Virus record (IMG/VR): IMGVR_UViG_3300034411_000032
Location: 1-33,574 of that record
Reading direction: 5' to 3' (one strand)
DNA: 33,574 bases
Origin: a virus
Lineage: Duplodnaviria > Caudoviricetes
A model generated the notes under the pieces. That model ran no database searches, was not told the DNA's origin, and worked only from the letters and a program-made list of their open reading frames with translations. This document shows positions 1 to 9,200 of the stretch, piece by piece (positions within the stretch are counted from its first letter, which is position 1; every line of letters starts with the position of its first letter). The translations under genes and the position numbers were made by a program.

Positions 1-495
1 AGCCTCGGTCAACTCATCCTTGCCGATCTTCTTCATCAGGTTTTCATACTGATTGCTAAAGAAGTTGAGCTTGCGTACAGCCGCCTCGACGTAACCGCGA
101 GATGATGCTGCCTGCGCCTGCTTCTCGTTAATCTTAATCTCAAGCATCTCGCGCTCAAGATCGTCGGTCTCTTCTGACAGCTTGCGCTCCAGCTTCTTGA
201 GCTTGACCTCTTCCTTTTTCATCTTGAAGTAACCCTCTTGCAGGGCGGCCTTGGTCTTCTCGATTTCAGCAAGGCTGTGCTTCACAGAGCGGATAGGCGT
301 GATTGCCGTAACGTCAAGCGTCACGCTCATCATCTGCGAGTGCGACTTGTAGAAGTTGCTAGACGCCTGTGCGATTGCAGGAGCCTTCTCCTGAATGTTG
401 GACAGCATCGACTTGTATTCCGGCTTCGCCATTGGAAGCTGAATGTTAAGGTCTTGCGTGACCAGATGCGTCTCTTGCTGTGTATCTTTAGGCAT
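1..495 (-). CDS. Coiled-coil-rich hypothetical protein following the propeller genes (3'-truncated by window edge; possible assembly chaperone)
   Basis: Not in the ORF track. Manual translation from ATG 495 is open for 165 codons to the edge (MPKDTQQETHLVTQDLNIQLPMAKPEYKSML...KKEEVKLKKLERKLSEETDDLEREMLEIKINEK...). GGGAG SD lies upstream; K/E/L heptad character. Confidence 0.85.
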   Translation of the reverse strand, partial: MPKDTQQETHLVTQDLNIQLPMAKPEYKSMLSNIQEKAPAIAQASSNFYKSHSQMMSVTLDVTAITPIRSVKHSLAEIEKTKAALQEGYFKMKKEEVKLKKLERKLSEETDDLEREMLEIKINEKQAQAASSRGYVEAAVRKLNFFSNQYENLMKKIGKDELTEA

Positions 496-509
496 GGTTT
501 CTCCCGTTA

Positions 510-1559
510 TCATGCTGCGAGGCCGCCGTGGGCGTTGGAACAAGCGGCCACACCTCTGCGCGATGTGGGCAAGTCGCCAAAGTCAGTGGCGTTGCCTGTT
601 GTCGCTATAGTCACATAGTCAATGATATTGGAACCTGTTGTGCTACCCGAAGTTCCACCCGCCCCAAATACTGCCCTCGTTAGACCCGCCGCGCCTGCTG
701 GGCCACGCGCCTCTGTTAAGTCGCCAAAGTCAGTGGCGTTGCCTGTAGAGGCAATCGTGATGTAGTCTATAACATTTTGCAACGCACCGCCTGATCCATC
801 ACTACCACCCCCCATAACTCCACGGGTTGAAGATGCCGCAGTGCCGATATTAGAACGTGCAACAGTTAAATTTCCAAAGGTTCCTGTGTTACCTGTCGTG
901 GCGATTGTAACGTACTCCATAGCTGAGACATTGCCGCCGCCACTATGCCCCCCTGTAAACACGCTCCGCGTGGAATTTGCTACCGCGTTCGTCCAGTAGA
1001 GGGTGTAGTTTGAGTTGCCGAAGTCTGTAGCGTTTCCTGTTGAAGCTATAGTTACATAGTCAATAGTATCGTAAAGAGGTGAAGGGAAAGTCCCACCCAT
1101 CCATGTCAACCCGCGCGTACTGTTAGAGGCTCCGCCGCAGCCAGCCCTAGCTTGCGTCAAATCACCAAAGTCAGAAGCGTTACCCTCCGTTGATATAGTG
1201 ACGTACTGAATAACATTACTTGCAACGTAGGAAATGTTACCCCCAGACCAAACACCTCTAGTGCTAGAGCCGAAGGACGCTGGCAAGTCTGTTGTCGCAG
1301 TGAGGTTGCCAAAGTCTGTGCCATTGCCCGTTGTAGCAATGTTGATTTTTTCAATGGTGTTTCTAGGGGTTGACCCTAGATTACCACCTCCAAATAGAGC
1401 AAACTGCGCAGCATTCCCCGCCGTAGGCCACAGCCCCGCCTTGCTATACGCAAAGGCTTCCGCAAGCGACCACACGCCCGGTGCTGCATCGTTCTCATAT
1501 GGCCCAGCAGGCGCTGTCGGGTTCTGCGTGATGATGTTTCCGAGGTAGCGTTTAGTCAT
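510..1559 (-). CDS. Six-repeat kelch-like beta-propeller protein C, putative tail-tip adhesin
   Basis: Six ~48-aa repeats (STRGVFGGG...IDYVTIASTGNATDFGDL) and C-terminal SNAHGGL. Start moved to ATG 1559 (MTKRYLG), which has a TAATG overlap with the upstream stop and a GGAGGA SD. Confidence 0.75.
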   Translation of the reverse strand: MTKRYLGNIITQNPTAPAGPYENDAAPGVWSLAEAFAYSKAGLWPTAGNAAQFALFGGGNLGSTPRNTIEKINIATTGNGTDFGNLTATTDLPASFGSSTRGVWSGGNISYVASNVIQYVTISTEGNASDFGDLTQARAGCGGASNSTRGLTWMGGTFPSPLYDTIDYVTIASTGNATDFGNSNYTLYWTNAVANSTRSVFTGGHSGGGNVSAMEYVTIATTGNTGTFGNLTVARSNIGTAASSTRGVMGGGSDGSGGALQNVIDYITIASTGNATDFGDLTEARGPAGAAGLTRAVFGAGGTSGSTTGSNIIDYVTIATTGNATDFGDLPTSRRGVAACSNAHGGLAA

Positions 1560-2794
1560 TATGACAGTCCTCCGTGCGCGTTTGAGCAAGCTGAGAGGCT
1601 TCGCTTAATGGTTGTGCCACCCTCAAGTCTTAGATCACCAAAGTCTGACGCATTACCAGTAGAAGCGATTGTCACATACGCAACATTTCCTGCGTTATTT
1701 GATGTTCCGCCCACCAGCGCCCTTGTAAGGCCCGATGCTGACGCGCCGCCGCTCCACGATGTAGAGGATAAATCCCCGAAGTCTGTGGCATTACCTGTGG
1801 ATGCAATGGTGATGTAATCAATAATGTTGGTGTTGTTGCCGCCAAAGAAAACACCTCTTGTAGAACTTGAAGAGGCGGCAACGCCGTTTCTGCCTGCAGT
1901 AAGATCGCCAAAGTCTGTGGCATTACCTGTTGAGCCAATCGTGACATAATCTATAATATCAAGATTGTAATTCCAAGCCCCAGCGTCATTAAACCCTCCA
2001 CCGAAGCAAGCTCTTGTTGGGGACGCTACAGCACCAAGACTAAGTCTAGAAATTGTCATGTCGCCAAAGTCTGTTGCGTTACCAGTAGAGGCAATTGTGA
2101 CATATCTAATAGTGTTTATTACTGAGCTACCACCAGCGGCTAATCCCCTTGTAGAATTTGATGCGCCAACCATATCGTTTTGCGTAACTATATCATCGCC
2201 AAAATCTGAGGCGTTGCCTGTGGACGATAAGTTAAAATAGTCGATCTCATTAGTCGTGGTAAACCCGGCTTTTCTGCCCTTGAATACTACACCCCTTGTA
2301 GAGCTTGACATAGAAGCGCCAAAGTCTTGTATGCTGGTCAAGTTACCCCAATCAGCGGCATTACCCGTACTTGTGATAGTAAACTGGTCAATTTGGTCTG
2401 ACTGGTCGGGTGAGACACCAATAGTCCCCCCATTGAAAAAGGCCCTTTGCGGAACAGCAGGTGTAATTCCTCCGCTTGTTCCAGCGGGGCCATACTGAAC
2501 GCCGTTAGTGGCTTGAACCGTAAACGTATAGCTTGTGCCGTTGGTTAGGCCAGTAACCGTTAGCGGTGAAGCTGATCCTGTTGCCGTGAAGCCACCGGGG
2601 TTTGAAGTTGCAAGATAGCCAGTGATATTAGGTGGCACACCTTGGAATGACGGGGCGGTAAAGCTGACGGTAGCCTGTGTATCACCAGCCGCTGCACTAA
2701 CACCTGTCGGCGCACCGGGAGCCATGGGCCAGTTTTGATCTCCAATGGCCTGAAACTGCTCGGACAGGCTCCATACACCTTGATAATTGGGCAT
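1559..2794 (-). CDS. FN3 domain + six-repeat propeller protein B, putative tail-tip adhesin
   Basis: FN3 signature (APGAPTGVSA...LTVTGLTNGTSYTFTVQATN), then six TGNATDFGDL-type repeats and SNAHGGLS. Confidence 0.8.
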   Translation of the reverse strand: MPNYQGVWSLSEQFQAIGDQNWPMAPGAPTGVSAAAGDTQATVSFTAPSFQGVPPNITGYLATSNPGGFTATGSASPLTVTGLTNGTSYTFTVQATNGVQYGPAGTSGGITPAVPQRAFFNGGTIGVSPDQSDQIDQFTITSTGNAADWGNLTSIQDFGASMSSSTRGVVFKGRKAGFTTTNEIDYFNLSSTGNASDFGDDIVTQNDMVGASNSTRGLAAGGSSVINTIRYVTIASTGNATDFGDMTISRLSLGAVASPTRACFGGGFNDAGAWNYNLDIIDYVTIGSTGNATDFGDLTAGRNGVAASSSSTRGVFFGGNNTNIIDYITIASTGNATDFGDLSSTSWSGGASASGLTRALVGGTSNNAGNVAYVTIASTGNASDFGDLRLEGGTTIKRSLSACSNAHGGLS

Positions 2795-4017
2795 TATGAA
2801 AGTCCTCCGTGACCGTTAGACGTTGCGGATATGGTTCTAGCCGCAACAAGCAAATCGCCAAAGTCAGTGCCATTGCCAGTGCTTGCCACTGTGATATATT
2901 CTATACTGTCCATAGGCACTTCATTGGTAGTGCTGCCACCCCCAACGACACCCCGTGTCGGGTCACTGGTGGCCCCCGCAACACTTTTTGCCACGTTCAT
3001 ATCGCCAAAATCAGTGGCGTTGCCTGTGCTGGCTATAGTGATATAATCGTATGTATTTTTCGTTCCACCTGATCCGTTGCCCCCAGCAAACACACCTCTT
3101 GTATTTGTGCTAAGGCCCATTAGCTGCTGACGAGCTATTGTTAAGTCTCCAAAGTCCGTCCCGTTCCCCGTGGAGGCTATAGTTAAGTATTCCATGCTGT
3201 TAGTAAATCCGCCACCAGTAGACGAATACCCGCCAGCAGTGACACCTCTAGTCGGAGAAGCTAACCCTGCCGCTCTGCCGCGACCATAATGCTGGCTCCC
3301 AAAGTTTGACGAGTTGCCAGTAGATGCAATAGTTATATATTGCATTGTCATAGTGCCATTAAAAATACTGTTTTCGGCAGTAAAAACCCCTCTTGTTGAA
3401 GAGGAAAGAGAGGAATAACCATGACTTGTTGTGAGTGGCAAGTCGCCGAAATCGGAAGCATTGCCTGTGCTGGCTATTGTAAAGTAATCAATGCTATTTA
3501 CTTGAGTAGCGGGAGGATGATTAGCAGTTGATGCAAAAATACCCCTAGTGCTACTAGCTACAGACCCGTAATTTTGATCTGACTTTATGCTAGTAAGGTT
3601 GCCGAAATCAACAGTATTTCCTGTTGTCTTAACGGTAATATATTGCATCACGTTTTGAGCGTAAGGGCTTCCAGAAATAGCCCCACCGCCGAAAACTCCT
3701 CTAGCAGCAGCAGGCGTAACGCCACCACTTGCATCACTAGGAGAAGACCACCCAAACGGATTGATTGCCCATACGTTGAACGTGTAGCTTGTGCCGTTGG
3801 TTAAGCCAGATACAGTGATAGGCGACGCAGATCCAGACGCGCCAATGCCGTCATTAGACTGAACACGATAGCCCGTCACAGCCGAACCACCTACATTTGT
3901 TGGGGATGTAAAGCTGACCTCTACTTGTTCATCACCGCCAGAAGCACTAACACCTGTCGCTTGGTCAGGTGCGTTGATCCCGTCTTGGCCTATAAAGCCG
4001 CCTGTACGTTTAGCCAT
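2794..4017 (-). CDS. FN3 domain + six-repeat propeller protein A, putative tail-tip adhesin
   Basis: FN3 signature (ITVSGLTNGTSYTFNVWAINPFGWS), six repeats, SNGHGGLS end, AGGAG SD. Confidence 0.8.
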   Translation of the reverse strand: MAKRTGGFIGQDGINAPDQATGVSASGGDEQVEVSFTSPTNVGGSAVTGYRVQSNDGIGASGSASPITVSGLTNGTSYTFNVWAINPFGWSSPSDASGGVTPAAARGVFGGGAISGSPYAQNVMQYITVKTTGNTVDFGNLTSIKSDQNYGSVASSTRGIFASTANHPPATQVNSIDYFTIASTGNASDFGDLPLTTSHGYSSLSSSTRGVFTAENSIFNGTMTMQYITIASTGNSSNFGSQHYGRGRAAGLASPTRGVTAGGYSSTGGGFTNSMEYLTIASTGNGTDFGDLTIARQQLMGLSTNTRGVFAGGNGSGGTKNTYDYITIASTGNATDFGDMNVAKSVAGATSDPTRGVVGGGSTTNEVPMDSIEYITVASTGNGTDFGDLLVAARTISATSNGHGGLS

Positions 4018-4029
4018 CAGAGGCTCCTA

Positions 4030-4404
4030 TTAGCTAATTTCCTCGTAGCTAACGATCACTTCCAGATCATTCGCAGTGCCAGCAGTCGCCGTAATGGAAC
4101 GGTCTTCTTCAAGATACAAAGCTGTGCCTTTATCTACAGCAACCAAAGATGCGTCAGCCGGAACCGAGATAGTGCTGACCAGCGAGTAAGCTGTGCCACC
4201 GCCAGAGGCTGCGCTGTGAACGTCTACTGTAACATCAGCGGCATTGGAGCCATCTACGTTTGCAATCTGGATCATGTTAATCTTAAACACCTTGCCCGAT
4301 GATGCAGCGTTGCTGACCAGCGTTGTTTGCGAGGTTGAAGACAAAGCCACCAGCGCCGACTTGGCGGTGATTGTGGCGACATTTACTACGTTTGGTGCGG
4401 CCAT
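4030..4404 (-). CDS. Small beta-rich virion protein, putative fibre-tip connector
   Basis: 124 aa of alternating beta-strand pattern, AAGGAG SD, located between the tail fibre and the propeller genes. Confidence 0.7.
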   Translation of the reverse strand: MAAPNVVNVATITAKSALVALSSTSQTTLVSNAASSGKVFKINMIQIANVDGSNAADVTVDVHSAASGGGTAYSLVSTISVPADASLVAVDKGTALYLEEDRSITATAGTANDLEVIVSYEEIS

Positions 4405-4416
4405 GTGGCTTCTCCT

Positions 4417-6237
4417 TTAACCGAAAACAATCGCCATTGCGATTGCCTTCCCAGTTGTTGCAGCGGCATTAAGCTGCGTTTGAACACTAGATGTAACACC
4501 GTCAAGATAGCCGATTTCGGTGGCTGTCAACGTGCCAGGGATTCCATCTAATACGTTTAATTCTGTGGCTGTGGCTGTGAGATCGCTGATCTGTGACACG
4601 GTAAGGCTTGTTGCAACTGGCGCAACGTCCTGCCATGCCGATCCGTTATAGACCTTCATCTTGTTAGATGTTGTGTTGAAAGCAAGGTCGCCTTCATCAA
4701 GGCTAGTCGTAGGATCACTAGCCGCAATGCGGTACGTTTCGCTAAAACTATTTACGCTGGCAATATTAGTCGCCACTGTGTTGACGTTGGCAATACTGCC
4801 CGAAACATTTGACATTGCTGTCACATTGTCAGCCGTTCCAAGAACATTCATTGCAGTGACATTGGCAGAAGTGCCTAAGACATTCATGTCATTAACTACG
4901 TCAGCAGTTCCCAAGATTGACATGTCTGTTACAACTGCGCTTGTTCCCAGAAGGCCCATCGCCGTGACGTTTGCCGCAGTACCTAGCACGTTCATATCAT
5001 TAACGACATCAGCCGTGCCGAGAACATTCATGTCTGTCACAACGTCTGCTGTCGCCAAGACATTCATGTCAGCTACAACATCAGCGGTCGCCAGAATGTT
5101 CATGTCGTTTACTACGTCAGTAGTCCCAAGTATCGCCATATCGGCAATGACCGCAGACGCGGCTAGAGCGTTAATGTTAGTTTGCTCTGAGCTTGTGGGT
5201 GTAGTGCGCAGCCAGGTTGTATTGCCAAGGTTATAAACTTTTGTGACGTTGTTGGTAGTATCGAAAAACAGCGCGCCATCAATCAATGCGTTGCCATCAT
5301 TATCAACAGTGGGATCGCCGCCAGATGTGGATTTAGCACCCAAATAACGATCATCGAATGTGTCATAAACAGCCTCTGCCGCAGCCTGTGCTGTTTCAGA
5401 TGCAGCCTTTGCTGTTTCGGACGCGCCCTGCGCCGTGACGCTTGCGTTCTTTGCAACAACACTTGCATCTCTTGCTGCCTCAGAAGCTGCCTGAGCAGTC
5501 TCAGCGTTTGTTTCTGCTGTCTCTGCCGCTGTCTCGCTTGCAGCCGCTGCCGTGGCGCTGGTGGCCGCTGCCGCTGCATCAACAATCAGATCATACTTTG
5601 CGCTGTTAGCATTTGTTGTAAGTGGCTGCGCGCCGCTGGAAGTGTGCGCTACATTTACTAGAAAGATATTATTAGTGCTTGTGTCTTTAACCAAGTCGCG
5701 TTGATTGTATGCTGTGGATGCAGCCCAATTGCCGCGATACACACCAAGCTCGGATGTAATGCTAACATCCCCAGAACTATCAAACGCAAAGACTTTATTT
5801 GCTCGTTCACTTGCAGATATAGTAAACTCAGACCCAGAGATTACGTTTGTTCGAGAAGCCTTGATTGTTCGACCAAGCTCTTCTTTGTGCTGCTGCACCA
5901 TAAACGTCAGTTTGTCTAAACTGTTTTCAAGAGACTGCGCGGGGAATGGATCGTTAGGAACAAGATCTAGCCCCTGATCCAAGTCCATCTCGCGCAAGAT
6001 AACAACAGTAACGCCTGACGCCGGTGCAGTGCCAAACACTACGTTGCCGCCGCTTGCCGAACCCACACCCGTCACCGTGTAGTGAGTTGTAATTGTCTGG
6101 ACTGTCTCTGTGCCAGTGCTTGCGCGTAGGATAACAGTTAGATCATCCTGGTCAAAAATCTTGAAGCCATAAGCAAAAGTTGTCAGCGTTCCGTTGCCGC
6201 TATAACTTGCTCGGTTCGTGCTGCTCGATACTGTCAT
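4417..6237 (-). CDS. Tail fibre protein
   Basis: T7 gp17-like N-terminal attachment region (YSGNGTLTTFAYGFKIF...LENSLDKLT), Ala-rich coiled coil, DDRYLGAK motif, 12-aa repeats and C-terminal GKAIAMAIVFG; lies after the ejection genes. Confidence 0.88.
   Translation of the reverse strand: MTVSSSTNRASYSGNGTLTTFAYGFKIFDQDDLTVILRASTGTETVQTITTHYTVTGVGSASGGNVVFGTAPASGVTVVILREMDLDQGLDLVPNDPFPAQSLENSLDKLTFMVQQHKEELGRTIKASRTNVISGSEFTISASERANKVFAFDSSGDVSITSELGVYRGNWAASTAYNQRDLVKDTSTNNIFLVNVAHTSSGAQPLTTNANSAKYDLIVDAAAAATSATAAAASETAAETAETNAETAQAASEAARDASVVAKNASVTAQGASETAKAASETAQAAAEAVYDTFDDRYLGAKSTSGGDPTVDNDGNALIDGALFFDTTNNVTKVYNLGNTTWLRTTPTSSEQTNINALAASAVIADMAILGTTDVVNDMNILATADVVADMNVLATADVVTDMNVLGTADVVNDMNVLGTAANVTAMGLLGTSAVVTDMSILGTADVVNDMNVLGTSANVTAMNVLGTADNVTAMSNVSGSIANVNTVATNIASVNSFSETYRIAASDPTTSLDEGDLAFNTTSNKMKVYNGSAWQDVAPVATSLTVSQISDLTATATELNVLDGIPGTLTATEIGYLDGVTSSVQTQLNAAATTGKAIAMAIVFG
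4819..5142 (-). repeat. Nine tandem 36-bp (12-aa, DMNVLGTADVVN-like) coding repeats in the tail fibre
   Basis: Units read directly: DMAILGTTDVVN, DMNILATADVVA, DMNVLATADVVT, DMNVLGTADVVN, DMNVLGTAANVT, AMGLLGTSAVVT, DMSILGTADVVN, DMNVLGTSANVT, AMNVLGTADNVT. Confidence 0.9.
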
Positions 6238-9200
6238 CGTCTACCACTTTCTTTAAGCTGTTCGACCTGCTCATATGCTTGCCGCATATTTGCATATTCT
6301 GGGTTTTCAAGCAACGCTAAGAAACCCGCCTCTATAAATTGTTGGTTTATTTTTTTCAACGTGCTTAATTTAGCTTTATCTGGAATGCCCTTATATTCCC
6401 TAGATCCAGTTACCGCCATAATTGCTTGCCTGAAATCCAGCGTTCCGAACCCAGGTATGTTTAGACGGATTTCATTTTTCGCCATATTAACCAAGTCAGA
6501 CTGCATGCCGTAGCTAAGTTTGATCTGTCCCATTTTTTGCGGGTTAGTCAAAGGCCACTTGTTTGTCATGCGCTGCAATCGAATAAGCTCTTTTTCGTAG
6601 TCTTCTAGCTCCTCACCTCGCTTCAAGCGAAGTCCCGATATATTGCTAAACAACGCGGCGCCTGGGTTGGCAGCAAAGCTAAACTCATCTGATCCTTTTG
6701 CGTTGCCAAGGGTGTCATAAACAACAGCATTCAAGTCGCGCTCATCTCTAATAAAACTATCCTTGGCCTGTAGTGCGCTAACCTCTGTAAGGTACGCACT
6801 AAAGTTTGTTTTGGCATCTGTTTTTTCCGTTCCGACCATAGAGTAGTTTGGCGTTCCGTCTGCAAGTGGGAATGCAAAAGACTCAGTTCCATCTTCGTCA
6901 ATGACAATCTTTTTCACATCTTCAATCGTGTAATACTCAATATCTTCTCTAGGCTTGACCCTTGTAGGATCAGCAAGCCGCGCAAACATACGTTGCAATG
7001 AGCTTAGTGGATTCGGAACACCTATTGGGCTTGCGCTTTCTGCGTAACTTCTTGAAATCGTGGCAGGGTCAAAGCCTTCAAAAAAGGCAGTCAAATCAGC
7101 AATCCCCTGCAACATGGGCAACTCTTTATAATAATCTGTAGTTGATAAAATTGCAGTCTGGATATATTTTTGTTGCAACTCAGGATCGTTTGTTATGTTT
7201 GCCCTTTGTATAGCATCAGCTGTAATTGCAAGCAAACCGCCAACAGGCTCGAACCCTTGATAGCTTATATACGTTAAAGGGCCGTTTGGAGCGCCAAACG
7301 GATCACGCAATGGCATGTCTTCAGGAAACCCCTCGCCCTTTACGACAAAGCTGTAAGGCTGCCAGCCAGGTGGTAAAGCATCCCTAGTTCTTTGATCGCT
7401 TGGCATGCCGCCGGTTATGCGGCCATCCATAGCGTATTGAGATGTTTTAAACAAAACCGCACTGGCAACTGTATACCTGCCGGCAGCAAGCTGTTGTGCC
7501 TTTGGGCCGTTGAAACCAAGTAAATCGTAAGATGTTTTGCTAAATGGTGTATATTCCATTGTGCGCAACAACGCATTTGTCGGCGCAGTTACAAATGGCA
7601 GGATAAAGCGGCCAACTATATTTCTTTGAACATAACCAGCCACCTTTGACATAACGCCTAAATCAGATTGCAACGTGTCAAACTTTGCTTTGTAATCTAG
7701 TTCTTCTTGAACAGAAGATGGATCAAGCATCATCATGCCGGCCTCATCCAAAGCCTCTTGTTCGCTCATTCCTTTGCGCAACGAATGTTGATAGCGTTTG
7801 TTTATAGATGTGTAAAACTCGCCACGTTGGGAAATGGTTTTGGTAAACTCATCAGCCGAAAGCAATAAGCGGAATGGTATCCGCATGCGCTTGGCAACTT
7901 CGTCCAAAGACCTGCCGAGCATGCTTCCTTCAAGTTTTGTATCAACTGAAGAAGAGGCCGCATATTGCTCAACATCCAACTTGCTTGCTCCAGAAGGCAT
8001 TTCTGTACGCCAAGCAATTGACGCCGCTTTCATTGCGTCACCCCAAGCATCCGACCACCCCTTTAGACGCAGAAGTGCGTCTTCCATGTAAATTTGATCT
8101 TCTGAAATAGGATATTGCATCCCCAGCCTGGATCTCCCCCCTCGGATTACACTTCCCCACACTCCAGCCGCAGCTTCAGTCGGAAGTTGGAACAGCATAA
8201 AAGATGAAGTGCCAACTATGTTTTTCATTTGCGTGGCTGGTGATGACAACAAGCCAGCCAAGTAAGCCTCATGCACCATCCGTTTTGTTTTTGCATATTT
8301 ACCAACTCTTGCAAGTCCGTTAACGCCTGACACTCCATTTGTCTTTGCAACTTTTAATAAAGAAGAGGCTAAAGCTGCTGTGCTTTTTTCAGCTCCACTT
8401 TCCGATAGTAGCCTTTGGGCCTCTTCGCCAAAGCGTGTGGCGTCCATCTCTCCATCAACTCGGATCTGAAATGATTGCAATGCCCGAGCTGCTTCTGTCT
8501 GAGCGCCTTTGAGCTGCAACTGAATGCCGCTGTGAATGGCAAGCTGCCTGCGAAACTTTAGTTGAACATCAGCACCAGCGCCTGTTTTTATTTGCTTTGC
8601 CAGCTCTTCAAGCCTTGTTGCGCTTCTTACCAGAAGCTCTCGGGATGCAACAAACATCTCTGCGGTCATGCCGCCTTCGCCTATTCTGCGAGTGAGCAGG
8701 CTGCGCGCTAGGCCGATCTCATCCGCAACCAGCCCAGCAGCAGCTCTAGCTGTTTCTGTATTAGAAATCTTGCCTCGGGTTATAGTAGCTGTCTCGCCTT
8801 TAAAATTTTCGCCAATCGCTGTAATTACAGCCAAGACATCATCAGAAGTGTCGATGTAATCAAAGTTGAAATCACCGCCGTCTTGCAGCGATTTAATGTT
8901 ATTCGACTTTACATCAAGGCGGCTTAGAACTGCTTGGGCAACCTCATCCGAGGCAGTGCCTGTTTCAGGATTAAAGCCTCTGACCTCTGCGTTAAGCGCC
9001 TTTTTTGCGTCTTCAGCAATATTAATCGCAGCTAGTTCTGCCTCGGCGGCATCATTAGCCAAGGCAGTTCGCGCGTCTTGCAGCACATCCGTTGGTGCTT
9101 CTTCGTTAATCCCAGGCGCCTTGAGGCCACGCTCTTCAAACTTCGCCACACCTTCAGGGCTAAGAACCTGGCCGGCAAGAGCGCGCTTGGTTGCGCTTTC

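Noticed and set aside
560-3640. Regularly spaced ~25-30-bp repeats resembling a CRISPR array
   Set aside because: The period is ~140-150 bp, the repeats vary at synonymous positions and lie in frame within three ORFs, and there is no cas operon. They are protein repeats.
510-6237. Diversity-generating retroelement targeting tail genes, as in Bpp-1
   Set aside because: No reverse transcriptase and no TR/VR pair differing only at adenines was seen. The missing part of the genome cannot be excluded.
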